Assembly (NCBI RefSeq): GCF_000698785.1
Contig: NZ_CP007536.1
Coordinates: forward strand, 1,680,001 to 1,712,000
Reading direction: 5' to 3'
DNA: 32,000 nt
DNA from: Nitrososphaera viennensis EN76
GTDB lineage: Archaea > Thermoproteota > Nitrososphaeria > Nitrososphaerales > Nitrososphaeraceae
The position numbers were made by a program, and so were the translations under genes. Positions 1 to 8,358 of this stretch are shown one piece after another. Below the pieces are notes generated by a model. That model ran no database searches and was not told the origin of the DNA. It saw only the letters and a program-made list of their open reading frames with translations. Positions within the stretch are counted from its first letter, which is position 1, and each line of letters starts with the position of its first letter.

Positions 1-987
1 ACTAGTCTCATCGAGGGCATTATACTCAATAAGGAAGTGGTACACGGAGGGATGCCAAAGTGCGTGGAAGGCGCCCGGATCGCCCTGATATCTGCCGCCC
101 TTGAGATTGAAAAGACCGAGTTTGAAGCCAAGATAAACATCAGTTCTCCAGACCAAATGCAAAAGTTTCTTGATGAAGAGACCTACATGCTCAAGTCGAT
201 GGTCGACAAAATAGTGCAAAGCGGGGCAAACGTCTTGGTGTGCCAAAAAGGCATAGACGATACAGCCCAGCACTACTTGGCCAAAGCAGGAATACTGGCA
301 GTAAGGCGCGCAACAGAAAGCGACATGACCCGGCTTTCCAAGGCCACGGGTGCAAGGTCGGTAACCAATCTTGACGACCTTGCGCCAAAAGATCTGGGTT
401 TTGCGAAACTGGTGAGCGAGCGGAAGATAGAGACTGACAAGCTGGTCTTTATTGAAGGATGCAAGAACCCGCTGGCAGTTACCATATTTGTGCGCGGAGG
501 CTCGCAGAGAGTGGTCGATGAGGCAGAGCGCTCGGTTCACGATGCACTAATGGTTTCCAAAGACGTTCTTGAAAAACCGGCCATAGTTGCTGGCGGCGGG
601 GCTCCAGAAGCGTATATGGCAGGCAAGATCAGGGAATGGGCGGGCACCCTTTCTGGACGGGAACAGCTCGCTGCAGAAAAATACGCAGAGGCTTTGGAGG
701 TCATCCCTCTCTCATTGGCCGAAAACGCAGGAATGAATGTGATAGACACGCTTGCGGAACTACGCGCAAAACAAAGCAGGGGTTCGCATTCTATAGGCGT
801 CGACGCGAGGAGCGGCAGGGTTGTCGACATGTCCAAACTCGACGTGGTCGAGCCTCTTACAGTTAAGGAGCAGATAATCAAGTCCGCCACGGAAGCCGCG
901 TCGATGATCCTGAGGATAGACGACGTTATCGCCTCAAGCAGGTCCGGAGGCGCTCCGGCCATGCCGCAGGGCGGCATGGGTATGTAG
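1..987 (+). CDS. ths: Thermosome (group II chaperonin) subunit, C-terminal 328 aa; the 5' end lies left of the window
   Basis: Frame 1 is open from base 1 (TSLIEGIILNKEVVHGGMPK runs into track ORF 37..987). Thermosome-like segments are present (VLVCQKGIDD, AIVAGGGAPE, VEPLTVKEQ), as is the Gly/Met-rich C-terminal tail QGGMGM. Confidence 0.93.
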   Translation, partial: TSLIEGIILNKEVVHGGMPKCVEGARIALISAALEIEKTEFEAKINISSPDQMQKFLDEETYMLKSMVDKIVQSGANVLVCQKGIDDTAQHYLAKAGILAVRRATESDMTRLSKATGARSVTNLDDLAPKDLGFAKLVSERKIETDKLVFIEGCKNPLAVTIFVRGGSQRVVDEAERSVHDALMVSKDVLEKPAIVAGGGAPEAYMAGKIREWAGTLSGREQLAAEKYAEALEVIPLSLAENAGMNVIDTLAELRAKQSRGSHSIGVDARSGRVVDMSKLDVVEPLTVKEQIIKSATEAASMILRIDDVIASSRSGGAPAMPQGGMGM

Positions 988-1028
988 GAACGGTTTCTAA
1001 AAACACAAGGTTTGCACCACAGTACTAT

Positions 1029-1373
1029 TCACAAAACTTCTTCAACATAATGCCATGTTATCAGCACCGACTCTTGATGCAGGTCTTCTCTGATTTTTTG
1101 CTTGAAATGCTGCAGATGACGACTGAACGTTCTGTCGTGCGTTGTGATTATCGAAAGCACATAACTATCGGTAATCTCGTCCTTCCCTGACTCTGGACGA
1201 TAATAGCCCGTACCGGTCAGCTTTGTGGCGCCTTGATACTCCGGCCAAATCTGGTCTATGATTCTATCCACTTTATTGGGGTCTATATCTTCGCCATCTT
1301 TCGTTCTTGTAGGTATATAGAAATCGATTTTTATCGCTCTAGTGCGGCCCAACTTGTTCGTGGTGTAGCGCAT
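1029..1373 (-). CDS. Hypothetical protein, 114 aa, no domain recognised
   Basis: ATG-initiated ORF (cat at 1371-1373) with non-repetitive, globular-looking sequence. It fills the gap between the thermosome gene and usp. Confidence 0.6.
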   Translation of the reverse strand: MRYTTNKLGRTRAIKIDFYIPTRTKDGEDIDPNKVDRIIDQIWPEYQGATKLTGTGYYRPESGKDEITDSYVLSIITTHDRTFSRHLQHFKQKIREDLHQESVLITWHYVEEVL

Positions 1374-1487
1374 GCCGGCCTATAACTTTGCGTTATGAAC
1401 GATCCTGTGATTCTATCATTTACTGGCAGGACTGCCCCCACATTCCGACCATGGTACTTTTTAGCATGCCAAATGCATAGTCAACCA

Positions 1488-1934
1488 ATGGGGACAACCA
1501 ACTTTGGAAACATCTTGGTAGCGGTCGATGGTTCCGACCAATCAATGAGGGCGGTCGATGTTGCCATATCTCTGGCAGCAAAATATGATTCTGTATTAAC
1601 AGCCCTCTACGTCATCTACATACCGTTTGGGGAAAGACTCTATCCGCGCGCGGTCTGGTACGAGGAGTTCATCAAGGAAATACACAAGGAGGCCAGCGAA
1701 TGGCTTTCGGAAATTCAAAAGAGGGGAAAGGAAAATGGAGTAGTGATTGAATCGAAAATGAGCGAGACTACTGAATCAGTTGCTGCAGAAATAGTAAGAT
1801 ATGCCAAAGAGAATGAAACCAAACTTGTTGTAGTGGGCTCTAGGGGCAAGTCAGACCTGGAAAAACTATTCTTGGGTAGCGTTGCAGCAGGCGTATTGGC
1901 CTATGCCACGTGCCCTGTATTGGTTGTGAGATGA
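1488..1934 (+). CDS. Universal stress protein (UspA family), 148 aa
   Basis: Usp motifs are present: ILVAVDGSDQSMRAVD near the N-terminus and VVVGSRGKSDLEKLFLGSVAAGVLAYATCPVLVV at the C-terminus. I prefer the internal ATG at 1488 to the track start at 1395. The 31 extra codons look non-Usp, and a T/A-rich box (tacttttta, 1455-1463) sits about 29 nt upstream of 1488. Confidence 0.85.
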   Translation: MGTTNFGNILVAVDGSDQSMRAVDVAISLAAKYDSVLTALYVIYIPFGERLYPRAVWYEEFIKEIHKEASEWLSEIQKRGKENGVVIESKMSETTESVAAEIVRYAKENETKLVVVGSRGKSDLEKLFLGSVAAGVLAYATCPVLVVR

Positions 1935-2125
1935 ATCATTATCTAATTCGGCGCAACTTGTTCATGATTTACGTTGCGATCCAGCACCTGACGCACGGGC
2001 GCAACTTGAACAGCGTTGCATTCTCAGAGAATTGTTGCAGTCACTTTCTGCAGTTGTCGGGGTGAAGAGGTATATGATATTTACAGCGAGACACGAAGCA
2101 TAGCCTGTAAAAGTGGAAGGCAGAC

Positions 2126-2281
2126 TTAGCCTGAATGAAGAACCTCTCGTAGTATTTCCTCAAGCTTGGATTTGCCTTGGTCGTGGTATTTGGCAGCCTG
2201 ATCTTCAAGTTGCTCTCGAAAATCGGCAAAAAGTTTGGCTTGCACCTTGACCGTCTCTATTTCTAATTCTGTTTCTCCCAT
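2126..2281 (-). CDS. Small protein, 51 aa, ribbon-helix-helix-like (below the track cutoff)
   Basis: My translation is MGETELEIETVKVQAKLFADFREQLEDQAAKYHDQGKSKLEEILREVLHSG, ending in TAA. It shows a strand-helix-helix pattern of RHH size. A TATA-like aaatttaag lies about 27 nt upstream on the minus strand. It overlaps track ORF 2041..2229 in another frame, and that ORF looks less protein-like. Confidence 0.4.
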   Translation of the reverse strand: MGETELEIETVKVQAKLFADFREQLEDQAAKYHDQGKSKLEEILREVLHSG

Positions 2282-2369
2282 GCTATTCGTGCAAGTCACT
2301 ATCTCTTAAATTTGCAAGACTTGAAAGCTTGTGTCTCATTATTCTTCTTCCTCTTCCTTCCTCTAAGGC

Positions 2370-2633
2370 CTATTTCGCTCTAAAGTAAATTTGGAGGCCT
2401 TCAGAGGTGGTGACATATCTTGTCTCGATTTTTCCGGCATAGGCTAAGATGAGTGCTGCACTATAGAAACTAATACGGTCGACGGGCCACGCTGTGTGTT
2501 CAGGGTAAAGGCGCCTCAAGATCTCGTCTTCTGTGAAGGCTTTATCCCTATTTGATTCCAGAAAGTCCCGAATCTTGTCAATTATTGGATCCTCCTTTCG
2601 ACCTTTATCAAACTCTTCTTTAGAAATAGGCAT
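2370..2633 (-). CDS. Hypothetical small protein, 87 aa, possible winged-helix fold
   Basis: ATG start (cat at 2631-2633) with a compact helical sequence (IIDKIRDFLESNRDKAFTEDEILRRLY...). The fold assignment is a guess. Confidence 0.6.
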   Translation of the reverse strand: MPISKEEFDKGRKEDPIIDKIRDFLESNRDKAFTEDEILRRLYPEHTAWPVDRISFYSAALILAYAGKIETRYVTTSEGLQIYFRAK

Positions 2634-2792
2634 TATGCATGTACCTGTGCCTCCTCTGCCTAATTAATCAGCTGTTCTTGAGGTTGGATGATTTTGCCTC
2701 TCTGGGCAAATCATGAGCTAATACTAACGCGGATGAAAGAATCGAATCAAGATTATGTGACAAAGTTTGGTAGAGTGCGCGCATCCTCCTTG

Positions 2793-3086
2793 TCATTGCA
2801 GCTTGATTATCTCGTCCCACGTCCCAGTTAGAGAGAACATGAAGTATTTGTCATGGTCACCCGACTCGAACTGCAGGATATCTCCCGCCGCTATCTGTGT
2901 TTTGAATAACTTGTTCAGATACTGCATAAAACTTGGACCCGCGACTATGCTCATGGCGTCGTGTTCAAACGGTTGATCATAATATTTTTTCAACGTTTCT
3001 GCCAACCCGGTATTACTAATTTGCTCCACCAAATCTGATAGATCGATGAAAGTCGGATTTCTCTTGTAAATTCTGATTTTTGCCAT
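2793..3086 (-). CDS. Hypothetical protein, 97 aa
   Basis: ATG start (cat at 3084-3086). A TATA-like ttatat lies about 26 nt upstream on the minus strand. No domain recognised. Confidence 0.6.
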   Translation of the reverse strand: MAKIRIYKRNPTFIDLSDLVEQISNTGLAETLKKYYDQPFEHDAMSIVAGPSFMQYLNKLFKTQIAAGDILQFESGDHDKYFMFSLTGTWDEIIKLQ

Positions 3087-3195
3087 TCTGTAGGGTCTCC
3101 TGCACCATATAACAAGGTAGCTGACATATATTCATGCCTAGGCTTGACAGATTGCCTTTTATGAAAGGGTTCATATCATCAAAGGAGAAAGGAAC

Positions 3196-3336
3196 ATGAT
3201 GAGAGTCTGCAAATCTTGTGGTAAGGAGTTTCAGGATTTTACTGAAGGAGTGGTCTATTCTACGGCAATGAAAGGGATTTCGTACTTTTGTTCTGATGTC
3301 TGCTGCAAAAACTACCTTAATTCAAATGCAAAATAA
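3196..3336 (+). CDS. FCS/TRASH-type zinc-finger microprotein, 46 aa (below the track cutoff)
   Basis: My translation is MMRVCKSCGKEFQDFTEGVVYSTAMKGISYFCSDVCCKNYLNSNAK. The Cys pattern is C-x2-C-x23-C-x3-C with a YFCSxxC core. A purine-rich aaaggagaaagg lies just upstream, and a T/A box is at 3156-3166. Confidence 0.5.
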   Translation: MMRVCKSCGKEFQDFTEGVVYSTAMKGISYFCSDVCCKNYLNSNAK

Positions 3337-3637
3337 AAACCGGTAAAACCCGGTCATTGCTCTTCCTCAGCCTTAAATAAAACAGCTCTCCCTCATAGAT
3401 CAATGGAAAAAGTAAAGAAAAGAAGGAAGAGCTCTACAAAGAAAAGTGTGAACGCAAAGTCAGGATATCGAAAAAGATCCGCCTAAAAGACCCTGCCGAT
3501 TAAATATGATGAAATCTGGACGCAATGAAAAAAGACGCCCTGTCTCTCCAAGAGACAAACTTAGACCACGGTCTTCCTGTGCCTGATAGGAGTTCAATTT
3601 CTTCCGTCGCTATAAATACAAGTTTCTCTGACGCCCC

Positions 3638-3645
3638 TTTATATA
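3638..3645 (+). promoter_or_regulatory. Putative TATA box for tfb
   Basis: tttatata lies about 40 nt upstream of the ATG at 3684, which would imply a short 5' leader. Confidence 0.4.
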
Positions 3646-3683
3646 CCGCGCTCACTAATGTACACCGTTTATCCGTTATAGTA

Positions 3684-4601
3684 ATGCAACTTTCATCACT
3701 GTGTTCGGGATGCAGCAAGAGAGCCATGATCTCCGACCCGGAATCTGGCGAAATTGTCTGCGGCAGCTGCGGCTTGGTATTGTCAGATAGGACTATGGAG
3801 ACGCGGGCTGAATGGCGCAACTTTGGCGCAGAAACGGCTCATAGGACCCGAGCGGGGGATCCCGCTTCATTGGCCCGGCACGACATGGGCCTTGCTACAG
3901 TCATCGGAAGGGAAAACACGGACGCAAGGGGCTCCCTTCTGACCGCGACGGTGCGTTCTGCAATAGGCAGATGGAGGACGTGGGACAGTAGGGGTAGGAG
4001 CCACTCATCTTCAGATAGGAACCTTCAGAAGGCTTTTGACGAGCTTAACAGGTTGAAAACCAAACTCAATCTGTCCGGCGCGATGATGGAGAAGACTGCT
4101 TACGTCTACAGGAAAGCCAACGAGAGACAGCTGGCAAGAGGAAGGAGTATTTCTTCTCTTCTTGGGGCATGCGTATACGTTTCGTGCAGAGAACTTGGCA
4201 GTTCGCTATCACTCAAGGACATCGCAGAGAAAACCGGCGTCAAGAGAAATGATCTGGCCAGAATGTATCGCATAATTCTGCTTGAACTTGACCTTAGGGT
4301 ACCTGTGATAGACCCTGTAATGTGCATGATCCGAATAGCCAACAAGGCAGGCCTGAGCGAAAAGACAAAGCGGCAAGCAATTCGGACTATGGATGATGGC
4401 GCAAAGAAGGAGAAGCGGGCAGGCAAGAACCCTATGGGATTTGCAGCATCGATTCTCTACCAGGCCTGCATAACGAGCGGTGAAAACATTAACCAAAGGA
4501 CTCTTGCCGAAGCTGCAGGCGTGACAGAAGTAACCCTCAGAAATAGGCTGAGAGACTTTAGGCAAACCGGGATGATAGGATGTCCCGTCTCTCAAACTTG
4601 A
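3684..4601 (+). CDS. tfb: Transcription initiation factor B (TFB/TFIIB), 305 aa
   Basis: An N-terminal zinc ribbon (CSGCSKRAMISDPESGEIVCGSCG) is followed by two cyclin-like repeats and a C-terminal HTH (QRTLAEAAGVTEVTLRNRLRDF). The track ORF starts at 3525, but its first 53 codons precede the zinc ribbon and overlap the likely promoter. Confidence 0.9.
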   Translation: MQLSSLCSGCSKRAMISDPESGEIVCGSCGLVLSDRTMETRAEWRNFGAETAHRTRAGDPASLARHDMGLATVIGRENTDARGSLLTATVRSAIGRWRTWDSRGRSHSSSDRNLQKAFDELNRLKTKLNLSGAMMEKTAYVYRKANERQLARGRSISSLLGACVYVSCRELGSSLSLKDIAEKTGVKRNDLARMYRIILLELDLRVPVIDPVMCMIRIANKAGLSEKTKRQAIRTMDDGAKKEKRAGKNPMGFAASILYQACITSGENINQRTLAEAAGVTEVTLRNRLRDFRQTGMIGCPVSQT

Positions 4602-4888
4602 GGAGGAATCTATGGAGGCATGTCGATTCCACAGTCGCCACGTCTGGAGCTACGGCAAAATCTACAGGATAGGAGCATTTCAGCGACTTGAAGTGATCTT
4701 AAAACCCTCCCGGTCACTTCATAATGTTGTATAATACTTTTCGTCCCGGTCTTACTGCATATTGCTGAGCACCAAAATCGAAAGATAATTACATCATATC
4801 ATACACCAGCAGGAAAATCCTCTGGAAGCTCCTCGTCTGGCGATACTGGCATCATATATGTATCGGGCGGAGCGCATTTGTTTTATCA

Positions 4889-5674
4889 TCAACAAGCAGC
4901 AGACTTTTTGGCGCCAGCTCCATGATTTTCTTCTTTTATGCCACCGCTGCCGCCAAGAAAACGCGCAAACCAGCTTGCGGCAAGTTGTGCCACCTGTTCA
5001 AGCTTGCCTGGCTCTTCAAACAGATGCGTGGCACCCGGGATTATCACCAATTCCTTTTCATCATTGCCGAGCAATCGCAGTTTATCAAACGCTTCTTGGT
5101 TTAGCTTGATTACGGCTTTGTCATTTTGCCCGACAATAAGAAGCACAGGCGCCCTGACTTTGGCCAGAGATTTTGTCGTGGCAAGGTCGGGCCGGCCTCC
5201 CCGCGAGACGACGGCTCGCACTACACCCGGCCTTTCTGCAGCCGCCACCAGCGCTGCTGCCGCTCCTGTGCTTGCCCCGAAATAGCCGATTTTAAGGCCG
5301 GCGGGAGGATCTTCTTTTTGGCTTTGAATCAGCAGCCAATCGGTCACTCTAACCAGTCTGTCTGCCAAAAGGCCGATGTCAAGCCTGTGATGCCGGGTTT
5401 GTTCATCAACAATTTCTTCTTCATCTGTAAGGAGGTCAAAAAGCAGGGTGCCTATGCCTGCTTTATTTAGCGCGCTTGCAACATACCTGTTCCTTGGGCT
5501 GTACCTACCGCTTCCGCTTCCATGAGCAAACAATACCACCGCTCTGGACTTGCTATCATCAAAGACCTTCAGGCTACCATGAAGCACGACGCCTGAACCG
5601 AGGGGCATATCGACTGGTCGCCCGTTGCCGTCGTCGTCACCATCATTATTGTGGTCTCTTTTGCGATCCTGCAT
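4889..5674 (-). CDS. Dienelactone hydrolase-like alpha/beta hydrolase
   Basis: Motifs seen are VVLFAHGSGSGRYSPRNRYVA, the nucleophile elbow GYFGASTGAAAAL (G-x-S-x-G), VGQNDKAV, and PGATHLFEEPG. The start is uncertain: TTG 5719 (track), ATG 5674 (chosen) or ATG 5608. Confidence 0.8.
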   Translation of the reverse strand: MQDRKRDHNNDGDDDGNGRPVDMPLGSGVVLHGSLKVFDDSKSRAVVLFAHGSGSGRYSPRNRYVASALNKAGIGTLLFDLLTDEEEIVDEQTRHHRLDIGLLADRLVRVTDWLLIQSQKEDPPAGLKIGYFGASTGAAAALVAAAERPGVVRAVVSRGGRPDLATTKSLAKVRAPVLLIVGQNDKAVIKLNQEAFDKLRLLGNDEKELVIIPGATHLFEEPGKLEQVAQLAASWFARFLGGSGGIKEENHGAGAKKSAAC

Positions 5675-5873
5675 TATTTCTCTCTTGGGCCCCCTTTTCT
5701 TTTTTATTTGGAGGAGCAAACCCTTCTATCCCGTCTAGGACCATCGAGTGATTTGCTTCGGTGCAGCAGGTACAGCTGGCCTCTATGCAATTTTTTGTTA
5801 GCTTATGGTTGCACGTCCTGCAGGTGCATATACTATCCAGATAAACGGCGTCGCTTCTGCGGACACTCTCCAT
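5646..5873 (-). CDS. Cys-rich small protein, 75 aa (questionable)
   Basis: ATG start (cat at 5871-5873). Seven Cys occur within 22 residues (CTCRTCNHKLTKNCIEASCTCC). The tail is low-complexity and overlaps the 5' extension of the hydrolase ORF. Confidence 0.3.
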   Translation of the reverse strand: MESVRRSDAVYLDSICTCRTCNHKLTKNCIEASCTCCTEANHSMVLDGIEGFAPPNKKEKGAQERNNAGSQKRPQ

Positions 5874-6044
5874 TTCTTGTACTGCCCATCAAAAATTAAA
5901 AACACTTTTCCAAACTTGACCTAACAGGCGCCTGAATTCTCTTGCCTCGTAATTTTGTGCGGAAGCTCTTTGGCACCGGAATAAGATGCTCGTTTCATAA
6001 AAAAACAGGCGCAGGCAAGTGGCAGAGAATCACACGCACCATCA

Positions 6045-6968
6045 TCAGCCGTACATCATCGATCTGCCCGGGTATGATGTCGTTTGCGCTTCTTCCTGCT
6101 GCCTGAGGCTTGCTATGGTTTCTGCCAGCCTGCGCTTGATCTCTCTGCCCTCCTTCAAGAGAGGGCCCACATCCAACTCAAGCGGAACGTTTGGTATTTC
6201 GCTGATCGTTTGGAGCAGCAGGGCCGCCCCCTCCGGGTCGGGCACGCCACTGCTTGTAGGGACAAGGACCGCGCTGCAGGACATATCGCGTGAAAGGCAC
6301 GACGATAGCAGCCCTGCCGACATGCCTGTTAGCAAGGCTGTCTTTTTGTGGTGCCAAGATGATGGCGGTTTCGGTTCGTCATTACTACCGGCTGCAATGC
6401 TGCTGTTGTCGCCGCCGCTGCTGCCGACGTTATTTCCTTGCGGGATTGATGGCAGCGGTTTGTTACCAGAGTGGTAATGGCTGGTCAGCACTATCGATTC
6501 CCGATTTTTGCGGGCCACCCGTTGACAGGGATGCCGTCAAGGGTTATCACCTCGCCAATCCCGTTGTTGATGGCCCATGACACCACCAGATCCATGATGT
6601 TATGGATGCCTTCCGGCATGAGCGGGGCTTCGCAGACTATGACGTACAGCGAACCTTTTTCATCAGCATAAATGCGAAATGGGTGGCGCAGTTTGTCGCC
6701 GATTTAGGTGACGGCCGGCATTATGAATTCCGAGTCTACGGACGCTATCTGGTGCATGTCAAGCCTTTCAATTATGAAATTTGCCGATATAGAGCCCACG
6801 AGTCCCGTGCCGGGAAAACCTGCGATGAGCGAAGGGTGCAGGGAGATGCGTTTTTCCTGAATTTGCGGCAGCAGTAGCGGCCTTGACGCGCAAGAACTGC
6901 TTTATTCTGGTCTTGCCGTCGTAAGATTCGTGAACGGTCGTCTCGCTTGCAAATCCTCTTCCAACCAT
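6045..6968 (-). pseudogene. PAC2-family (proteasome assembly chaperone-like, GFPGxGxVG) gene broken by two frame changes and one in-frame TAA
   Basis: Three minus-strand frames together spell one protein. Frame A runs from ATG 6968 (MVGRGFASETTVHESYDGK...). Frame B reads RISLHPSLIAGFPGTGLVGSISANFIIERLDMHQIASVDSEFIMPAVT*IGDKLRHPFRIYADEKGSLYVIVCEAPLMPEGIHNIMDLVVSWAINNGIGEVITLDGIPVNGWPAK, with the stop at 6704-6706. Frame C is track ORF 6045..6518 (...LLTGMSAGLL...VPDPEGAALLLQ...). Both frame switches fall in windows containing A5 runs (T5 on + at 6851-6855 and 6505-6509). Confidence 0.7.
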
Positions 6969-7100
6969 ATTGCGTGATATGATCTAGGGAGGCAAAGTAT
7001 TTCTCTGTTATAGCCGCGCACCGATTATTTTATCCCGCGGCCGCAAAATACACAGGGAGACTCTACTACTTGCTGTTGCTGACCGCAGGAGCCATTAACT

Positions 7101-7114
7101 AATTTAAATTATTT
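7101..7114 (+). promoter_or_regulatory. Putative TATA box upstream of the M50 protease gene
   Basis: aatttaaattattt is centred about 35 nt upstream of ATG 7142. Confidence 0.35.
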
Positions 7115-7141
7115 CTGCCATTATCTGTTGTCGTTGTTGCC

Positions 7142-8294
7142 ATGTCCATCCAGATCGGCCGGATCAAGGGGATTTCCATACGCCTGCACTTTACACTGCT
7201 TGTGGTATTCTCCCTCGTCGCTTGGACGCTTGCAATGAGCTTTATGCCGCAGCTTTTCCCGGGCCTGACTTCGCTTGAATACTGGGTCATGGGCATCGCA
7301 GGCGCAATACTCCTGTTTGCCTCGGTGCTGCTCCACGAGCTGTCGCATTCAATAATAGCGTTAAAGTTCGGCATAAAGGTCCGGCAGATAATCCTCTTTA
7401 TTTTCGGGGGTGTTTCTGACATTGAAGAAGAGACCAGAAACCCGCGCAAAGAGTTCGAGATAGCCTTTGCCGGGCCTGCCACGAGCTTTATCCTGTCTGC
7501 CATCTTTGCCGCGCTGTGGCTGATAATGTCGTCGGCTGCTTTTCAGGGCGCCCAGGTTTTTGAGGGGATAATGCTCTATGGCGCAATCATAAATGCCCTG
7601 CTTGGCGCGTTCAACTTGCTGCCTGCCTTTCCCCTGGACGGCGGCAGGATCCTCCGCGCGGCCCTAGTAGGGAGGATGAAGAGGGACTTTGACAGGGCTA
7701 ACGGACACCGCCGTCAAGATAGGCATAGCAATATCCTACGGCCTCATGGGGCTGGGCTTTTTTGTGATCCTCACCAGCGACTTTCTCAGCGGCATCTGGC
7801 TGCTCCTCATCGGGTGGTTTCTCCAGAGCGGAGCGCAATCTTACAAGTACCAGTATGAGCTGACCGCAATCCTGTCAAAGGTAAGGGTCGGGGACATCAT
7901 GAACGCCGCGTTTATCGCCATGCCGCCAGAGATCACCCTGCAGGAATCGCAGCGGCGCTATTTTTCCACCTACATGAAAAGCACGTTTCCCGTAACAGAC
8001 GCCGGCGGAAAGCTGCTTGGCATGGTCACCCTGAAAAGGGTGATGGACATCGACGAGCCCAAAAGGGAAAGGCTGACGGTCAGGGAGGCGATGATACCTC
8101 TGGAGGAGCTGGCAGTCATGAGCGCAAATGGGAAAGGCGACGAAGCGGTGCGAAAAATGACAAGGACCCACAACGGCAAGATCTTTGTGTGCGACGCAGA
8201 CGGCCGGCTGCTTGGCATGGTCACCAAGACTGACCTGCTGAACGTCGCAAACGAAAGGCAGGAGTATATGCAAAGGGGGCTGCCAAGCAAGTAG
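7142..8294 (+). pseudogene. Site-2 protease (peptidase M50) with a C-terminal CBS pair, split by a 1-nt frameshift near 7700
   Basis: ORF 7142..7858 carries HELSH and NLLPAFPLDGGR, then turns to nonsense after ...RMKRDFDRA. ORF 7689..8294 continues with TDTAVKIGIAISYGL..., further TM helices and two CBS-like repeats. Deleting one a from gctaacgg (7697-7704) gives the continuous reading DRATDTAVKIG. Confidence 0.85.
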
Positions 8295-8358
8295 AGCATG
8301 ATGAGCGAACAAAGAGTTAACACGGTTAAGCCAGACTAAAGAGCAGGCAAGTGTCACC

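Noticed and set aside
2041-2229. 62-aa minus ORF from the track
   Set aside because: It overlaps the better-looking 51-aa RHH-like ORF in another frame. Its sequence is compositionally odd and it lacks an upstream TATA-like box at a sensible distance.
3403-3486. 27-aa highly basic ORF (MEKVKKRRKSSTKKSVNAKSGYRKRSA) with a TATA-like ttaaataaa about 25 nt upstream
   Set aside because: It is too short and low-complexity to support from sequence alone. It would need Ribo-seq evidence.
3506-3586. Possible C/D box sRNA (ATGATGA at 3506-3512, CTGA at 3583-3586)
   Set aside because: The 81-nt spacing is long for archaeal C/D RNAs. There are no convincing internal D'/C' boxes and no terminal complementarity. 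A similar ATGATGA at 13464 is just the tandem stop region of the cupredoxin-like gene.
3525-3683. 53-codon N-terminal extension of TFB given by the ORF track
   Set aside because: It precedes the zinc ribbon that normally sits at the very N-terminus, and it contains the probable TATA box (3638-3645). The ATG at 3684 gives a canonical 305-aa TFB.
6019-6877. Several + strand ORFs (6019..6477, 6290..6580, 6471..6671, 6602..6877)
   Set aside because: They lie opposite the PAC2 pseudogene, and none shows a recognisable pattern. The minus-strand frames carry the GFPGTGLVG family signature.
7689-7704. Programmed ribosomal frameshift in the M50 protease
   Set aside because: There is no slippery heptamer or downstream structure. 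The change is explained by one extra a in gctaacgg, so mutation or sequencing error is the simpler reading.
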